From a bacterium (GTDB lineage Bacteria > RBG-13-61-14 > DATKZS01): a stretch of DNA of 64,000 nt. Below are positions 55,516 to 64,000 of this stretch, one piece after another. The stretch's first letter is position 1; each line of letters begins with the position of its first letter. The translations under genes and the position numbers were made by a program. Where the stretch lies: positions 448,001 to 512,000 of the forward strand of contig CAXXFL010000003.1 in assembly GCA_963674965.2 (NCBI GenBank), written 5' to 3'. The notes under the pieces are model-generated. The model was not told the DNA's origin, did no database searches, and worked only from the letters and a program-made list of their open reading frames with translations.

Positions 55516-58191
55516 ATGGGGAAAAAATCAGACGCCTCGGACAAAAAGAGGAAAAAAGACGAGAAGTCCTCCGGCCTTAAATCCAAGCCGGACGGCCCGG
55601 ATACCGCCCTGGCGGGCGACAAGGAAAAAACAGACGCCGCGCCGGATGAAAGGGGCTTCCTCTCGAGGCATTGGGACGTCTGGCTCCTTTTTATACTCCT
55701 CGTGGTCGGGCTGTTTTTCAGACTGTCGGTCACCCTTTGGGAGCCCATGATATTTCCCGACTCGACCCAGTACGCGAGCCTGGCCAGGGAAATAAGGAGC
55801 GGCGAGTTTTTCTCCTCCTCCTACAGGATCGAGGAGGGATTTCACAAGTCCCGGAGGCTTCCACCCTTGTACCCCGCGCTCCTGGCCCCCTTCGCCTCGG
55901 CCGGAACGGATATTGACCACGTGGGCATAGCCCTGTCCATCGCCATGAGCCTGGCGGCCATGGTCATACTCTATCTGGCCGGCGTCATGTTGTACGGAAA
56001 AAAATCGGCCCTCGCCGCCGCCGGCGTCGCCTCCTTTCACACCTTCACCATATGGTATGCATGGCCCATGCTCACGGAGGCGACCTTTACCGCGCTCTAC
56101 ATGGGCGTCATCCTGGCCTCGGTTTACGCCCTCAAAAAGCCCTCCCTCACGGCCTTCGTCCTCTGCGGGGTAATGGGGGCGCTTTGCTACATGACCAGGG
56201 ACGTGGGAGTCTCCGCGGCCTTCGTCGCCGCGGGAGGGGCCGCCTTCAAGCTGGGCTTTATCGACCGGATCGGATGGAAAAAGACGACCCTTTTCACGGC
56301 GGCCGTGATTTTGGCCTTCCTGGCGGCGGCCTCACCCTACCTCATCCACATACGGGCGAGGACCGGCTCATGGGGACTGACCGTGCAAATGGAGGACACC
56401 AGCGTCACCGAGCAGATGCAGCTTTTCGGCGGCGACCGCTTCGACCGCGACCGGCTCAAGGGCAAGGAAAAACAGACCAAGCTCATCGGCGGCAGGGAAG
56501 CCAGGGGGGGGCTCGACCTCGTCTTCCTGGCGCCGGGCCTTATGAAAAAGCTCGTCCTCAACATGATCAATTACGGGTCCGAGCTCCTCTATAAATGGGA
56601 CCCCACGGTCACGGGATTCATGGCCGTGTCCATTATCGCGACCCTGGCCGCGTTCAAAAGAAAAAAAGACTACGCCGAGCTTATGCTCGGGTTATGGACC
56701 TTCGTCTGGATACTCCAGCTCTGGGCCCTTTACGCCCTTATCACTCCCTACATGGTGGACGACAGGTACATGTATCCCCTTATGGCGCCGGCTATCTTGA
56801 TGGCCGGCCACGGAGCGGCCGCGGGGGCCGAGTGGATGATCGAGACCCTGTCGGGGGAAAGGCCGGCCCGTCCCGAGTTCTGGAGACGAGTCGTTCCTCT
56901 CCTCGCCCTGGCCGCCGTCTTCTCGGCCCTGATGGGAGGCATGACCGAGCCGGACTCGGTCAAGCGCTTCGCCATGTTAACCTCAAGAAGCCCCGAGTAC
57001 GCCTATTACTTCACCATGATCGGGGCAACGTCGCTTTTCTGTCTGGCCGCGGCCGGGCTGGCGCGCTTTTTTCCCGACTCCTGGTATAGGAACGAGAGGT
57101 TCTATATCCTCGCGCCCGCGCTTCTCGCGGCGGGGCTGATACTTTTGGTTTTTCCGGACGTCACCTCCAACTTTAACGAGTCCATATTGGCCCGTCCCGT
57201 GGGCGGCAAAAAAATGGAGGCCCTGGTCCTGGGCCGGGTCCTTTTCAGGAAAGACCTTTACAAGTACGCGCCCGCGCTTTTTTGCCTCGGTCTTTTCGTG
57301 ACCTCCATCTTGCGCTGGTCCCTTAAGGGAGGCAAGGCCGATCCACGGACGGCCTCGGCGTCATTCATCGCCGTTTTCGTCTTAAGCGTCTTCCTGGCCC
57401 ACCTGCCCGATTATATGGACCTTAAAGACCGCATGGACCCCCACTCCCTGGCCAATAAATATTCCGCGGGCCACAAGGAGGCGGCCAACGAGATGAAGAG
57501 TCTGGGGATAGTGCCGCCCGGCAAGATCATATGCTCGAGAAAGACCTTCATGGCCTATTACCTTGAGGGAACGTGGTACATGGACCACGAGAAAAAAGAG
57601 CCCATCCCCAAGACCATGGACGAGGTCAAGGAACTGGTGAAGTCCGGCAAGATAGACTACCTGGTGGCGGACAGCTTCACGCTTAAGAGCGTGCGTCCCG
57701 CCATTGTCCGGCTGGCTTACGGGCTCGATCGTATCCCCGGCGCCAGGGTGGTTTACAGCCGTTTTTTCCCGAACTACCAGCGGGTCATCACCGTCTACGA
57801 GGTGGGGAGCGAGGAAAGCCTCGCCGTCCCCTACGGCCGAAGCAAAAGAGAGCGCCTGGACGCCGCGAGAAGCCTCATGCAAAAGGGATACTACCACTTC
57901 GCCCTCAAAGAGATAAACGCCGCCCTGGCCGAGGACGAAAACGACCGGGAGGCCCTTTTACTGGCCGGCCAGATATTCGCGTCCTATTACGCGACCCTGC
58001 TGGGATCCAGGCTGCCCACCATGGCCCTGGACCCCGAGGTCCTGCCCACCCTGGTGAGCGTCTCCCAGAAGTACGCGGAGGTGGCCCCGGACGATCCTCA
58101 GTCCGCGGAAAAGGCGGCCCACTTCAGGAGAATGTTCGAGGCGGAAAAAAATGAAATTATGGAAAAGGCGCGATCGAGAAACGGAAGGTAA
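55516..58191 (+). CDS. ArnT/PMT-like membrane glycosyltransferase with C-terminal TPR-like region
   Basis: PDSTQYASLA, PPLYP, MLTEATF, YMTRDVG, RYMYP; helical C-terminus. Confidence 0.75.
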   Translation: MGKKSDASDKKRKKDEKSSGLKSKPDGPDTALAGDKEKTDAAPDERGFLSRHWDVWLLFILLVVGLFFRLSVTLWEPMIFPDSTQYASLAREIRSGEFFSSSYRIEEGFHKSRRLPPLYPALLAPFASAGTDIDHVGIALSIAMSLAAMVILYLAGVMLYGKKSALAAAGVASFHTFTIWYAWPMLTEATFTALYMGVILASVYALKKPSLTAFVLCGVMGALCYMTRDVGVSAAFVAAGGAAFKLGFIDRIGWKKTTLFTAAVILAFLAAASPYLIHIRARTGSWGLTVQMEDTSVTEQMQLFGGDRFDRDRLKGKEKQTKLIGGREARGGLDLVFLAPGLMKKLVLNMINYGSELLYKWDPTVTGFMAVSIIATLAAFKRKKDYAELMLGLWTFVWILQLWALYALITPYMVDDRYMYPLMAPAILMAGHGAAAGAEWMIETLSGERPARPEFWRRVVPLLALAAVFSALMGGMTEPDSVKRFAMLTSRSPEYAYYFTMIGATSLFCLAAAGLARFFPDSWYRNERFYILAPALLAAGLILLVFPDVTSNFNESILARPVGGKKMEALVLGRVLFRKDLYKYAPALFCLGLFVTSILRWSLKGGKADPRTASASFIAVFVLSVFLAHLPDYMDLKDRMDPHSLANKYSAGHKEAANEMKSLGIVPPGKIICSRKTFMAYYLEGTWYMDHEKKEPIPKTMDEVKELVKSGKIDYLVADSFTLKSVRPAIVRLAYGLDRIPGARVVYSRFFPNYQRVITVYEVGSEESLAVPYGRSKRERLDAARSLMQKGYYHFALKEINAALAEDENDREALLLAGQIFASYYATLLGSRLPTMALDPEVLPTLVSVSQKYAEVAPDDPQSAEKAAHFRRMFEAEKNEIMEKARSRNGR

Positions 58192-58263
58192 AGGACGGCC
58201 CCGCCATGACGGCGGAGCGGGGTACGTGGAAATAATAATCGCGACCGGGAAGGAGAGGGAACA

Positions 58264-59910
58264 ATGAGATCGATACTGAAGACGATGGCGTTGGCGGCGG
58301 CCCTGGCCGCTTTGGGGCTCGGCTGGAGCGCGGCCCGGGCGGGCCTTTGCGAGGACCCGGTGGACACGGACCAGGGGGCCTTCATGGGGGCCGAGGACAT
58401 CGAGACGGCGACCTGCTCGTGGAAGGGCGTTCCCTACGCCGCGCCGCCGGTGGGCGAGTTGCGCTTCCGGGCGCCCAGGCTCCCGGAGAAGCGGGAGGGC
58501 GTGACGCCGGCCATTTCCTTCGGTCCCCGCTGCATGCAGACCGGGACCATGGAGGCGGTCAACGCCGACCCCTCCGGCAAGATGAGCGAGGACTGCCTGT
58601 ATCTTAACGTCTGGCGTCCGGCCAAGTCGGGTCAGTTCCCGGTGATGGTCTGGATTCACGGCGGCGGCTACACCGGCGGAACCGGCAACACCCCCATGTA
58701 CTGGGGCGACAGGATGGCCGAGGCGGGCGACGTGGTGGTGGTGACCATCAACTACCGCCTTAACGTCTTCGGCTTCATGGCCCATCCCGGGTTCAGGGAG
58801 GAGGACCCCAACGGGGCCGCGGGAGGATACGGCTCCCTCGACCAGGTGGCCGCCATCGACTGGGTCCACCGCAACATAGAAGGGTTCGGGGGCGACCCCG
58901 GTAACGTGACCATATTCGGCGAAAGCGCCGGGGGATGGAGCGTCTGCACCATGCTGGCCACGCCCCTCAACCAGGGAAGGATACACAAGGCCATCCTGCA
59001 CAGCGGCGGATGCGAGGCCAGCGCCTCACTCGAGAAGGGATACGACCAGGCCAGGAAAATCGCGGAAAAAGTGAGATGCGATTTCAACGACCTCGATTGC
59101 CTCCGCGAAGTCCCCGCCAAAAGACTGCTTCGCGCCACGGGCAACACCATTACCGACGGCTTCGCGTGGGTACCCCATCACGACGGGTACCTGCTTACGG
59201 CCGCCCCCATCGACATGATTAAGGAGGGGGACTATAACCGCGTGCCCTTTATCGCCGGATACAACCATGACGAGGTCTCCAGGCTCCTCAAGCTCATCCC
59301 CAATTTCCAGTACGCCAGGGCCAAAAATTATCCCGGCCAGATGGCGAAGTTCCTGGGCATGGACGAACAAGAAAAACGGGAACTCGATTCACTCTATCCC
59401 CTGTCCGACTACTCGGGCAGGCCGGTCAAGGCCTTCGGCGCCATGGGCACCGAGGGCATCCTCGGCTGCCCCACCTACAACGGGCTGGCCGCCGCCGCCG
59501 AGCATCAGCCCGAAACCTACCTTTACCGGTTCGACTTCGACGACATGAAACTGGGAAGGGGCATCGGCGCGGTGCACGCCATGGAGATTCCCTTCGTGTT
59601 CGACTCCCTGGACAGGGAACCCATAAGCCTTCTTTACGATAAGAACCGCCTCGAGATAGCCGAGCCCCTCTCGAGGGACATGCAGAGCTACTGGCTTAAT
59701 TTCGCCAAGACCGGCGACCCCAACGGCAAGGACGTGAGGGGCAAGGACCTGCCCCAGTGGCCGCGCTTCACCAACGACGACCCCAGCCTGATGGTCTTCG
59801 ACGTTTACGTCCGGGCGGAGGACGCCAAAATGAAGGAGCGCTGCGATTTCTGGCTCGAGTACGGAAAGAAATACGGCGCCATCGCCCAGACCATGGGCAA
59901 CGTGGATTGA
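58264..59910 (+). CDS. Secreted type B carboxylesterase
   Basis: Signal peptide; GVPYAAPPVGELRF, SEDCLYLNVW, HGGG, FGESAG, HAMEIPFVF. Confidence 0.95.
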   Translation: MRSILKTMALAAALAALGLGWSAARAGLCEDPVDTDQGAFMGAEDIETATCSWKGVPYAAPPVGELRFRAPRLPEKREGVTPAISFGPRCMQTGTMEAVNADPSGKMSEDCLYLNVWRPAKSGQFPVMVWIHGGGYTGGTGNTPMYWGDRMAEAGDVVVVTINYRLNVFGFMAHPGFREEDPNGAAGGYGSLDQVAAIDWVHRNIEGFGGDPGNVTIFGESAGGWSVCTMLATPLNQGRIHKAILHSGGCEASASLEKGYDQARKIAEKVRCDFNDLDCLREVPAKRLLRATGNTITDGFAWVPHHDGYLLTAAPIDMIKEGDYNRVPFIAGYNHDEVSRLLKLIPNFQYARAKNYPGQMAKFLGMDEQEKRELDSLYPLSDYSGRPVKAFGAMGTEGILGCPTYNGLAAAAEHQPETYLYRFDFDDMKLGRGIGAVHAMEIPFVFDSLDREPISLLYDKNRLEIAEPLSRDMQSYWLNFAKTGDPNGKDVRGKDLPQWPRFTNDDPSLMVFDVYVRAEDAKMKERCDFWLEYGKKYGAIAQTMGNVD

Positions 59911-59968
59911 TCGGGCCTATTCCCCTGAGCCGGGGCCCGGACCACGCCGGGCCTTGGGCCGGGGGACC

Positions 59969-62900
59969 TTATCGGCGCGGGGCCGCGTCGGGCCGCCAGG
60001 TGATGAGGTCGAAGCCCTCGAGGACCAGGCCCGTCTCGTTTTCCGCCTCGGCTAAAAGGTCCTCGCCGTCCTTCTCGAGGATACCCTCTTCCACCGTCCA
60101 GATCACCACCTTTTTGTCCGAGCCCGCCGAGGCTATCCTGGCGCCGTCCGGAGAATAGACCGCTCGCCGGACGGGCCAGTCGTGACCGCGCATGGTGAGA
60201 AGACACTTGCCGCCGGAGATGGACCATATCTTGACCGCGTTGTCGTTCCCGCCCGAGACGACGTACTTGCCCGACGGTGAGGCAAGGGCCGAGTTCACCA
60301 CCCCCTCGTGGCCGATGAGGGTCTTGAGAGATTTGCCCGTCTTCGCGGACCAAAGCTTGATGAACGAGTCCTCCCCCGCCGAGATCACCGTCCCCGAGTC
60401 GGGAGTAAAGCAAACGCACCTCACCGCGTCCAAGTGGCCCTCCAGGGTCATAAGCTCCTCGCCCGTGGCCGGGTCCCAAAGCTTCACCGTCTTGTCCTCG
60501 CTCCCCGAGGCCGCCATCGAGCCGTCGGGGGCAAAGGCCGCGGAGGTCACGGCCCCCTCGTGGCCGTAAAAGGTGGTCTCGCTGAAAACGTCGTCGGTGG
60601 GCCAGGTCATCAGGGTCCGGTCCGCCCCGCCGGAAAGGATGAGCCTTGCGTCCGGGGAAAAAACGGCCGAGAAGACCGAGTCCAGGTGGTCCCGGTAAGT
60701 GGTCAAGTTAACCAGGGTCTTGGCGTCCCACAGCTTGATCAGGTTGTCGTTGCCGGCCGATAAAAGGAACTTGCCGTTCCTCGAGAAGTCCACCGCCTTG
60801 ACCGTGGCCTGGTGCCCGGTCAGGGTTGCCTTGAGCTCGCCTTGCCTCGACCACAGCTTGACCAGCATGTCCTCACCCGCCGTGGCCAGGGTCTCGCCGT
60901 CCGGAGAAAAAGCCGCCGCCTGGACCTCGCCTTTGTGGGCCTCGATCACCAGGGGAGAAGGGCCGTCCATCATCTCCCAGGCCGTGGCCGCCCCGTCCCA
61001 GCCCGCCGCCGCCGCCAGCCGCGAATCGGAGGAGAAGACCACTTTGGCCACCTCGTCCGAGTGGGCGGTGAAGACGCGAAGAAGCTCGCCCGTCTCGGCC
61101 AGCCACAGCCGCATGGTACGGTCGGCCCCGCTGGAAAGGACCAGGCGCCCATCGGGGGAGAAGACCGCCGAGTTAACCGGGCCCTCGTGCCCCTCGAGGC
61201 TCCGGACCAGCTCGCCCGAGGAGGCGTCGAAAATCCTGATCGCGCCGTCGGCGCATCCCGTGATGGCCAGCTTCCCGTCGCCCGAGAAACCCACCGAGTA
61301 AACCGAGTCCTCATGGCCCCCGAGCTTCAGGAGTTCCTTTTTGCGCGAGACCGACCAGACCCGGGCCGTCTTGTCCACGCCGCCGGAGACGACCTTGCCG
61401 CCGTCGGGTGAGGCCGCCACCGCCAGGACCATGTCCGAGTGTCCCGCCAGGAGGGCCGTTTCCCGGCCGGACTCGGCCGACCAGAGGCGGACCGTCTTGT
61501 CCTCTCCCCCCGAGACCAGGGTCTTCCCGCCGGGCAGAAAAGCCGCCGACCTCACCTGGCCCTCGTGCCCGGCCAGGACGCGAAGCGCCCCGGCCCCGCC
61601 GGAGGGGCTCCAGATAACTATCAGCCCGTCGCTTCCCGCCGTGAGCATGAGAGAGCCGTCGGACGAGAAATCGACCGCCGTGATCGTTCCCTCGTGTCCA
61701 TGGAAGACCCTCTCGCCTCCAGCCGTCTCGACCGCGTAATCGAAGCCCGGAGCGTTTCCCTTTGGCGGCAGGGTCCCGATCTTTTTCGCGGGCGGGATTT
61801 TACCGGCCTGGCTCCCCTTGTCCTTTTGCATGGGGCACAGCCGGACCTCGCCCAGAACGCAACTCAAGTCGCCCTCGGCGCATCCGGCGTGGGCCAGGAA
61901 ATCCGCCCCGGGCGAGAAGGCGACGTCCTCGATCCTGTGCCCCGACCCGGCGAAGGTCCTTTTTAAAATGGGCCTTACCTTGGAGACGGCCTCGCGGAAA
62001 AGACCGTCCCTGACCGGGGCCTCCGAGCCCATCTCCAGGGCCTTGGCGTAATACAGCCTCGCCTCCCCGAGCCGCGTCTCGTTCTCCGCCCGGACGCCGT
62101 ACTGGTAATAGGCCTCGGCCAGGTTGCGCTCGGCCTCCTTTTTCCTCTCCTCGGCCAGGTCCCTTTGCTCCTTGGCGATGGACTCGTTTTTCTCCGCCGC
62201 CAGCCGCATTCGGACCGCCAGGTTGCGCTGCTCCCGTATGGAAAAGTAGGACCAGGTGGCCACGATGAAGAGCACGACGAGGGCCGCCGCGGCCGTGGAC
62301 ATGACCGGCCAGCGCCTCTTGACCCACCTCTTTACCATCTCGCCCATCGAGTACTCGTAGGCCGACACGAGTCCACCGGCCATGAACCTGGTCACGTCCT
62401 CGGCCAGTTCCTCGGCGCTTTGATACCTCTGGCCCGCGTCCTTTTCCAGGCACTTCTCGCAGATGGCCGCCAGCTCGGGAGGGGCCAGGGGCTCCCTTTC
62501 CCGGACCGGCTTCACCGGCTCGCTTATGACCTTGCCCATCACCTCGTAGGGCGTGAAGCCGCCGAACGGAGGCTTGCCCGTGAGTATCTCGTACAGGACC
62601 GCGCCCAGGCTCCAGACGTCGCTTCGCTCGTCCACCTTGTCTATAAGACCGTCGGCCTGCTCGGGACTCATGTAGGCGGGAGTCCCGAGCGGACTGCCCG
62701 CGATGGTCTCGCCCGCGCCCGCCTGCTTGATCAACTCGATGCCGCGCTCGAGGTCCTCGGCCCGCTCGTCCGCCTGGCCCTTGACCTTGGCCAGGCCCCA
62801 GTCGAGCACGACCGTCTCTCCGAACTCGCCCACCATAACGTTCTGCGGCTTAAGGTCGCGGTGGATAACGCTCTTGGAATGGGCGTAGGCCATGGCCTGG

Positions 62901-63796
62901 CAAAGGTGCTGGAAATGGCTGAGAAGCATGAGGCGGTCCTTGACCTCGCCGCTCTCCCGAATCCTGTCCGTAAGCGTCTTGCCCTTCACCAGCTTCATGG
63001 TGTAATAAACCGAACCGTCCGACCGCTGGCCCATCTCATAGACGGGCACGATGCTGGGATGCTCGAGTTGGCCGGTTATGCGGGCCTCCCTGATGAAACG
63101 GACCATGGCCTTTTCCGCCGCCCGGGCGCTGGCCCCCGTCCCCGTGCCGAGTCTCGTCCCCGTCTTGCCCAGAAGCTCCTTGAGCGCCACGTCGCGCCCG
63201 ATGTGCTCGTCAAAGGCGAGTAGGACCCGGCCTATTCCGCCCCGCCCGTATTCCTCCTTGACCGTATAGCGGCCGGGCTGCTCGATGGTCACCTTGCCGA
63301 TGATGGCGAGGTAATCTCCCATCTGGGCTTGCTGGGTCGGCGCGTGGTGAGTCTTGACCTCCTGAGGCTCGGCCCGCCGCTCCGGGGCTTGCCTCGTCCG
63401 GCCGACGGTCTCGGCCGCGTCCCGGTCCTCTGGACCAGGAGGGGCCGCCTGAGCGCCGGGCCAGGACAAGGACGTTGAAGATCCCTCGCCGGGGTCGTAC
63501 CCGCCAAAGGACTCGAGGATCGAGTCCGACCCGCCGAAGGACGCGAGAGTGGCCATGACGTCGCCTCCCCTTTCGGCTATCTCGGCGTCAACCACGGGGT
63601 TGATGATGGCCCGGACCTCCTCCGATATCACCCCCTTCTCGACCAGCTTGAGGCTTAAGTCGTAGGCTCCATCGGGGTCAAGCTCCCGAGTGGCCCTGGC
63701 CAGGGCCTCGTCCGTTACGAAGTTCAGACGGACGGAGATGATGGCGAAAAGAAGGTTTCGCTCACGGGGGGTATGCTCTTTCTTCTCATCGTTCAT
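59969..63796 (-). CDS. Hanks-type Ser/Thr protein kinase with TM helix and WD40 repeats
   Basis: GRGGIG, VALK, HRDLKPQN, DWG, GTPAYMSPEQ; TM, coiled coil, more than 12 GH..V..FSPDG..WD repeats; start 63796 (GGAG) or TTG 63808. Confidence 0.94.
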   Translation of the reverse strand: MNDEKKEHTPRERNLLFAIISVRLNFVTDEALARATRELDPDGAYDLSLKLVEKGVISEEVRAIINPVVDAEIAERGGDVMATLASFGGSDSILESFGGYDPGEGSSTSLSWPGAQAAPPGPEDRDAAETVGRTRQAPERRAEPQEVKTHHAPTQQAQMGDYLAIIGKVTIEQPGRYTVKEEYGRGGIGRVLLAFDEHIGRDVALKELLGKTGTRLGTGTGASARAAEKAMVRFIREARITGQLEHPSIVPVYEMGQRSDGSVYYTMKLVKGKTLTDRIRESGEVKDRLMLLSHFQHLCQAMAYAHSKSVIHRDLKPQNVMVGEFGETVVLDWGLAKVKGQADERAEDLERGIELIKQAGAGETIAGSPLGTPAYMSPEQADGLIDKVDERSDVWSLGAVLYEILTGKPPFGGFTPYEVMGKVISEPVKPVREREPLAPPELAAICEKCLEKDAGQRYQSAEELAEDVTRFMAGGLVSAYEYSMGEMVKRWVKRRWPVMSTAAAALVVLFIVATWSYFSIREQRNLAVRMRLAAEKNESIAKEQRDLAEERKKEAERNLAEAYYQYGVRAENETRLGEARLYYAKALEMGSEAPVRDGLFREAVSKVRPILKRTFAGSGHRIEDVAFSPGADFLAHAGCAEGDLSCVLGEVRLCPMQKDKGSQAGKIPPAKKIGTLPPKGNAPGFDYAVETAGGERVFHGHEGTITAVDFSSDGSLMLTAGSDGLIVIWSPSGGAGALRVLAGHEGQVRSAAFLPGGKTLVSGGEDKTVRLWSAESGRETALLAGHSDMVLAVAASPDGGKVVSGGVDKTARVWSVSRKKELLKLGGHEDSVYSVGFSGDGKLAITGCADGAIRIFDASSGELVRSLEGHEGPVNSAVFSPDGRLVLSSGADRTMRLWLAETGELLRVFTAHSDEVAKVVFSSDSRLAAAAGWDGAATAWEMMDGPSPLVIEAHKGEVQAAAFSPDGETLATAGEDMLVKLWSRQGELKATLTGHQATVKAVDFSRNGKFLLSAGNDNLIKLWDAKTLVNLTTYRDHLDSVFSAVFSPDARLILSGGADRTLMTWPTDDVFSETTFYGHEGAVTSAAFAPDGSMAASGSEDKTVKLWDPATGEELMTLEGHLDAVRCVCFTPDSGTVISAGEDSFIKLWSAKTGKSLKTLIGHEGVVNSALASPSGKYVVSGGNDNAVKIWSISGGKCLLTMRGHDWPVRRAVYSPDGARIASAGSDKKVVIWTVEEGILEKDGEDLLAEAENETGLVLEGFDLITWRPDAAPRR

Positions 63797-64000
63797 GGGC
63801 GACTCCAATTGGCGGATTCTATTGTCCGGCGCCGGGCGAACTAGTCCCCCCGGCCGCCGGGACGCGCCTACTCATAAATGGACGAATAATAATGGTTTTG
63901 CTTCCCGTTCATGGCGCGCCAAAAAAAACTTTTCCCGACTCTTAAGGAATTTGGATGAGTCATTTTACACGGGCGGACTTAAGTTTGGAAGCGGGAGGAA

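Overview
GC-rich bacterial chromosomal segment. Gene content (class III cytochrome c3, CCG-domain Fe-S protein, HgdB-like dehydratase, receiver-PilZ protein, Ser/Thr kinase-WD40) suggests an anaerobic deltaproteobacterium-like organism; this is inference only. About 38 protein-coding genes are supportable. I saw no rRNA, tRNA, CRISPR array, transposase, integrase or phage genes. The most striking locus is a tandem pair of giant secreted, Asp/Cys-rich modular proteins (2051 and 2271 aa). They are built from shared LVIVD propeller, Ca-binding and TSP3 modules, carry different passenger domains, and end in the same colinear ~267-aa C-terminal region with a dockerin-like double repeat. A sigma54-type promoter lies upstream. 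Other notable signals: a receiver-PilZ gene that appears to need a non-canonical AUU start, with its Shine-Dalgarno buried in a hairpin; several leaderless or near-leaderless genes; strong enrichment of the palindrome CTCGAG; an MMPL transporter fused to a cNMP-binding domain with an acidic Trp-repeat insert; a redox operon (CCG Fe-S protein, two FAD oxidases, UroD-fold protein, then cytochrome c3) with a candidate operator; and four GT-C-type membrane proteins. All functional calls come from motif recognition by eye, not from database searches.
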